A DNA stretch of 55,164 nucleotides from positions 1 through 55,164 of the forward strand of contig JBLIOL010000001.1 of the NCBI GenBank assembly GCA_047639615.1, written 5' to 3'. The notes beneath the pieces are model-generated. The model was not told the origin of the DNA, did not search any database, and saw only the letters and a list, made by a program, of their open reading frames with translations. Below, piece by piece: positions 53,244 to 55,164 of this stretch; the stretch's first letter is position 1, and every line of letters begins with the position of its first letter. Position numbers and translations under genes: made by a program. The stretch comes from Planctomycetota bacterium. Lineage in GTDB: Bacteria > Planctomycetota > UBA1135 > GCA-002686595.

Positions 53244-55061
53244 TCACCAGCTGACTACATCACGCACGGTCACCACCATGGGCGTGAAGGGCGGCAGATT
53301 GTCCACGGAGTTGAAGGCCGGATCGTAAGCCCAGTTGCGCCCGGGCGCCGTGTAACGATTGCCCCCATACATCCACGCACCCGTGGCGTTGACGCTCTCC
53401 CAGGTGTTCACGAAGGAGCCCGTGATGTTGCACGGGACACCCGTCCAACGCTCGTGAAAGCGCGGCAGGTTCTCGAAGCCACCGCCATAGGTACTGGCCG
53501 TACTGCTCTGGTTACCAGTGATCATGGCCATGTTGTAGGTAGTCTCCGTGGCGGAGGGCAGGCCGCTCGCGGTCTTGCTCCCATCCCATGCATTGGAGAG
53601 CAGGTTGACCCCATCGGCGATCACCGCTGCCCCCTTCTTGTTGGTGATGTTGAAGTCCCCGTGCACGTAGGCCGAACCATCGGTCACCACAGTCAGCTTG
53701 TCCTGCAACTCCGCGCCGCCATTGAGCAGAACGCCCTTGCAGTCGGTGCCCTCGCCCATGCCGTAGTGACTGGCATAGAGCAACCCGTTGACCGGAAAGA
53801 GCCCCGATGCGTTGAGTGCTTCTATGTCGATCTCGACCACCGGTGTGTGCTCATTGGAGCCACCTGACTGGCGCAGGTCGGCAATGGAATCCAGGTCCAC
53901 CACCCCCGCCGCAATCAGCGCCGAGGTCACGCTCGTACCATCCGGCATAGTGTCGACGCCGCCCTCGAGGAAGGCCTCGAAGCTACCCGTGTCCGCGTCA
54001 ACCAGGATCGTCAGCCCCGCATTGTCATGGTAGTAGCCCTTGGCGTGCGTCCCGAGACCCGCCCCTACGAATACGCCCACACCATCGGCACCGAGCACGT
54101 AATCACCGCCATCCTGCGCATCGAACTTCGACACCGAGCCAACCCCAGGAGCGTTGGCCTGGGAGACATCGTGGGCGCCGGTCAGCACCGTCGACCCCAT
54201 GCCCAGCCCATAGCTATCCGCTTGATTCCAGAGTTCGAGCGCTCCCGCCGCGAAGGGCAGTATGTCCAAGGCCCCATCGAAGAAGCCATCCCCATCGGCG
54301 TCGTAGCCCTCCGTGAAGAGACTGTCGTAGCCGGAGCTACTACCAGCCCCCAAGCTCGCGAGCTGTCCCTGGTTGAGCATGTCCACGAAGACCGAAGGCT
54401 CCGAAGGATCGAAGGGATTCGAGACCCATTCGCGAATGCGCACATTGCCCGTGTTGGTGGACCCGTTCTTACGCGAACGATAGATCTCCCCCACCGCGCG
54501 CACGTAGTTCGTGTCCATGCTCAAGGTCCCGCCGCTACCCAAGTACATATCCGCATTGGTGTGCACACGCCCACCGAGAGTCATGCTCGGTCCGGGCGAA
54601 ATCTCCAGGTCATCGTCGTAGAAGACCGCGAACTGAAAGACCGGCGTGGACTCGGTGCCCACCAGGCGGTGCGCGCTGATCGGCACGCCACCCATCTCCG
54701 CCACTGAGCGGATCTCGTAGATCTTGTGCACGGTCTGAATACCTGCCGCGTCCACCAGCGTCTGCTCACCCGCTGGAGCATCGATCACGAAGTCCACCTG
54801 CAGCCCATCGATCAGCACGCTGCCAGCAGCCGGCACGCTCGACCAGTTGGCCACCGCATCCGTAATCTCCTTCTTGGCAGCCTCCGCTGCCCCCTGCGCC
54901 AGATAGCGCGCCTCCACCTGGGAGGTGCGCAATCCCGAGCGCTTGTTACTAACCCCCGCCATGGTGAACATCACAGTCACCATGCCGGCAGCCACAAAGG
55001 CCCCAAAGACCGCGTACAGGAGCGCCACCCCCCGGCGCTCCTCCCTTGCTTGCATGTACAT
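53244..55061 (-). CDS. Large PilX-N-terminal-type (minor-pilin-like) protein
   Basis: N-terminus ERRGVALLYAVFGAFVAAGMVTVMFTMAG...QVEARYLAQGAAEAA resembles the PilX_N anchor. 'PVFQFAVFYDDDLEISPGPSMTLGGRVHTNADMY' is a motif I associate with large PilX-like proteins. Start is ATG 55061 or 55055. Confidence 0.6.
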   Translation of the reverse strand: MYMQAREERRGVALLYAVFGAFVAAGMVTVMFTMAGVSNKRSGLRTSQVEARYLAQGAAEAAKKEITDAVANWSSVPAAGSVLIDGLQVDFVIDAPAGEQTLVDAAGIQTVHKIYEIRSVAEMGGVPISAHRLVGTESTPVFQFAVFYDDDLEISPGPSMTLGGRVHTNADMYLGSGGTLSMDTNYVRAVGEIYRSRKNGSTNTGNVRIREWVSNPFDPSEPSVFVDMLNQGQLASLGAGSSSGYDSLFTEGYDADGDGFFDGALDILPFAAGALELWNQADSYGLGMGSTVLTGAHDVSQANAPGVGSVSKFDAQDGGDYVLGADGVGVFVGAGLGTHAKGYYHDNAGLTILVDADTGSFEAFLEGGVDTMPDGTSVTSALIAAGVVDLDSIADLRQSGGSNEHTPVVEIDIEALNASGLFPVNGLLYASHYGMGEGTDCKGVLLNGGAELQDKLTVVTDGSAYVHGDFNITNKKGAAVIADGVNLLSNAWDGSKTASGLPSATETTYNMAMITGNQSSTASTYGGGFENLPRFHERWTGVPCNITGSFVNTWESVNATGAWMYGGNRYTAPGRNWAYDPAFNSVDNLPPFTPMVVTVRDVVSW

Positions 55062-55164
55062 TCTCAAAGCATCAACTCCCCGTTACGGGGCCCCACTACA
55101 AATTGAACGGCGTACCGAAAGAGCACGCCCTCCGAAGTCCTGCGCCTGAAGTACACCGCGATAC

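Noticed and set aside
55064-55164. Partial minus-strand CDS at the window end
   Set aside because: Only about 33 codons are visible (…IAVYFRRRTSEGVLFRYAVQFVVGPRNGELML). The frame choice rests on stop/start overlap alone, which is too little to call as a feature. It is mentioned under the PilX-like finding.

Overview
GC-rich bacterial chromosomal segment with about 40 tightly packed genes. No rRNA, CRISPR array, transposase or integrase is visible. All calls come from reading the sequence and ORF track by eye, and no database search was run.

Gene content, left to right:
1. Two tandem Kelch-repeat surface-protein paralogs (1..2981).
2. A small accessory patch (3.1-8.2 kb): a lipoprotein, an EF-hand/deiodinase-like gene interrupted by an in-frame TGA, an M14 peptidase, a 5'-truncated C-type lectin gene, and a tRNA-fMet with a duplicated 3' flank.
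3. A long minus-strand housekeeping operon: pssA-folK-panC-ispE-spoVG-DUF2520-aroDE-aroK plus a large helical-repeat protein.
4. eno with an FtsB-like gene and a PQQ-propeller gene.
5. A ~20-kb, 11-gene, same-strand, translationally coupled cluster that starts like a Bat/aerotolerance operon (MoxR, DUF58, two VWA membrane proteins). It continues with a 1544-aa propeller protein, two prenyltransferase/terpene-cyclase-fold proteins, a two-TM protein and a 954-aa coiled-coil protein.
6. A coupled NHL / His-Met lipoprotein / di-haem peroxidase trio.
7. A choice-of-anchor-B/LVIVD-type surface protein, a HEAT-repeat protein and a PilX-like large pilin-like protein.

Most notable observations:
- A probable selenocysteine-recoded deiodinase-like enzyme (FGSYT-TGA-PPF) with a GGUC-loop SECIS-like hairpin, fused to four EF-hands.
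- An unnamed ~125-140-aa C-terminal module (C.P..NS.G ... FQAWYRD ... F.DGI) shared by four otherwise unrelated surface proteins.
- The expanded MoxR/VWA supercluster.
- A 12-nt poly-C tract just upstream of a Kelch gene start.
- A second in-frame TGA joining two ORFs inside the supercluster.
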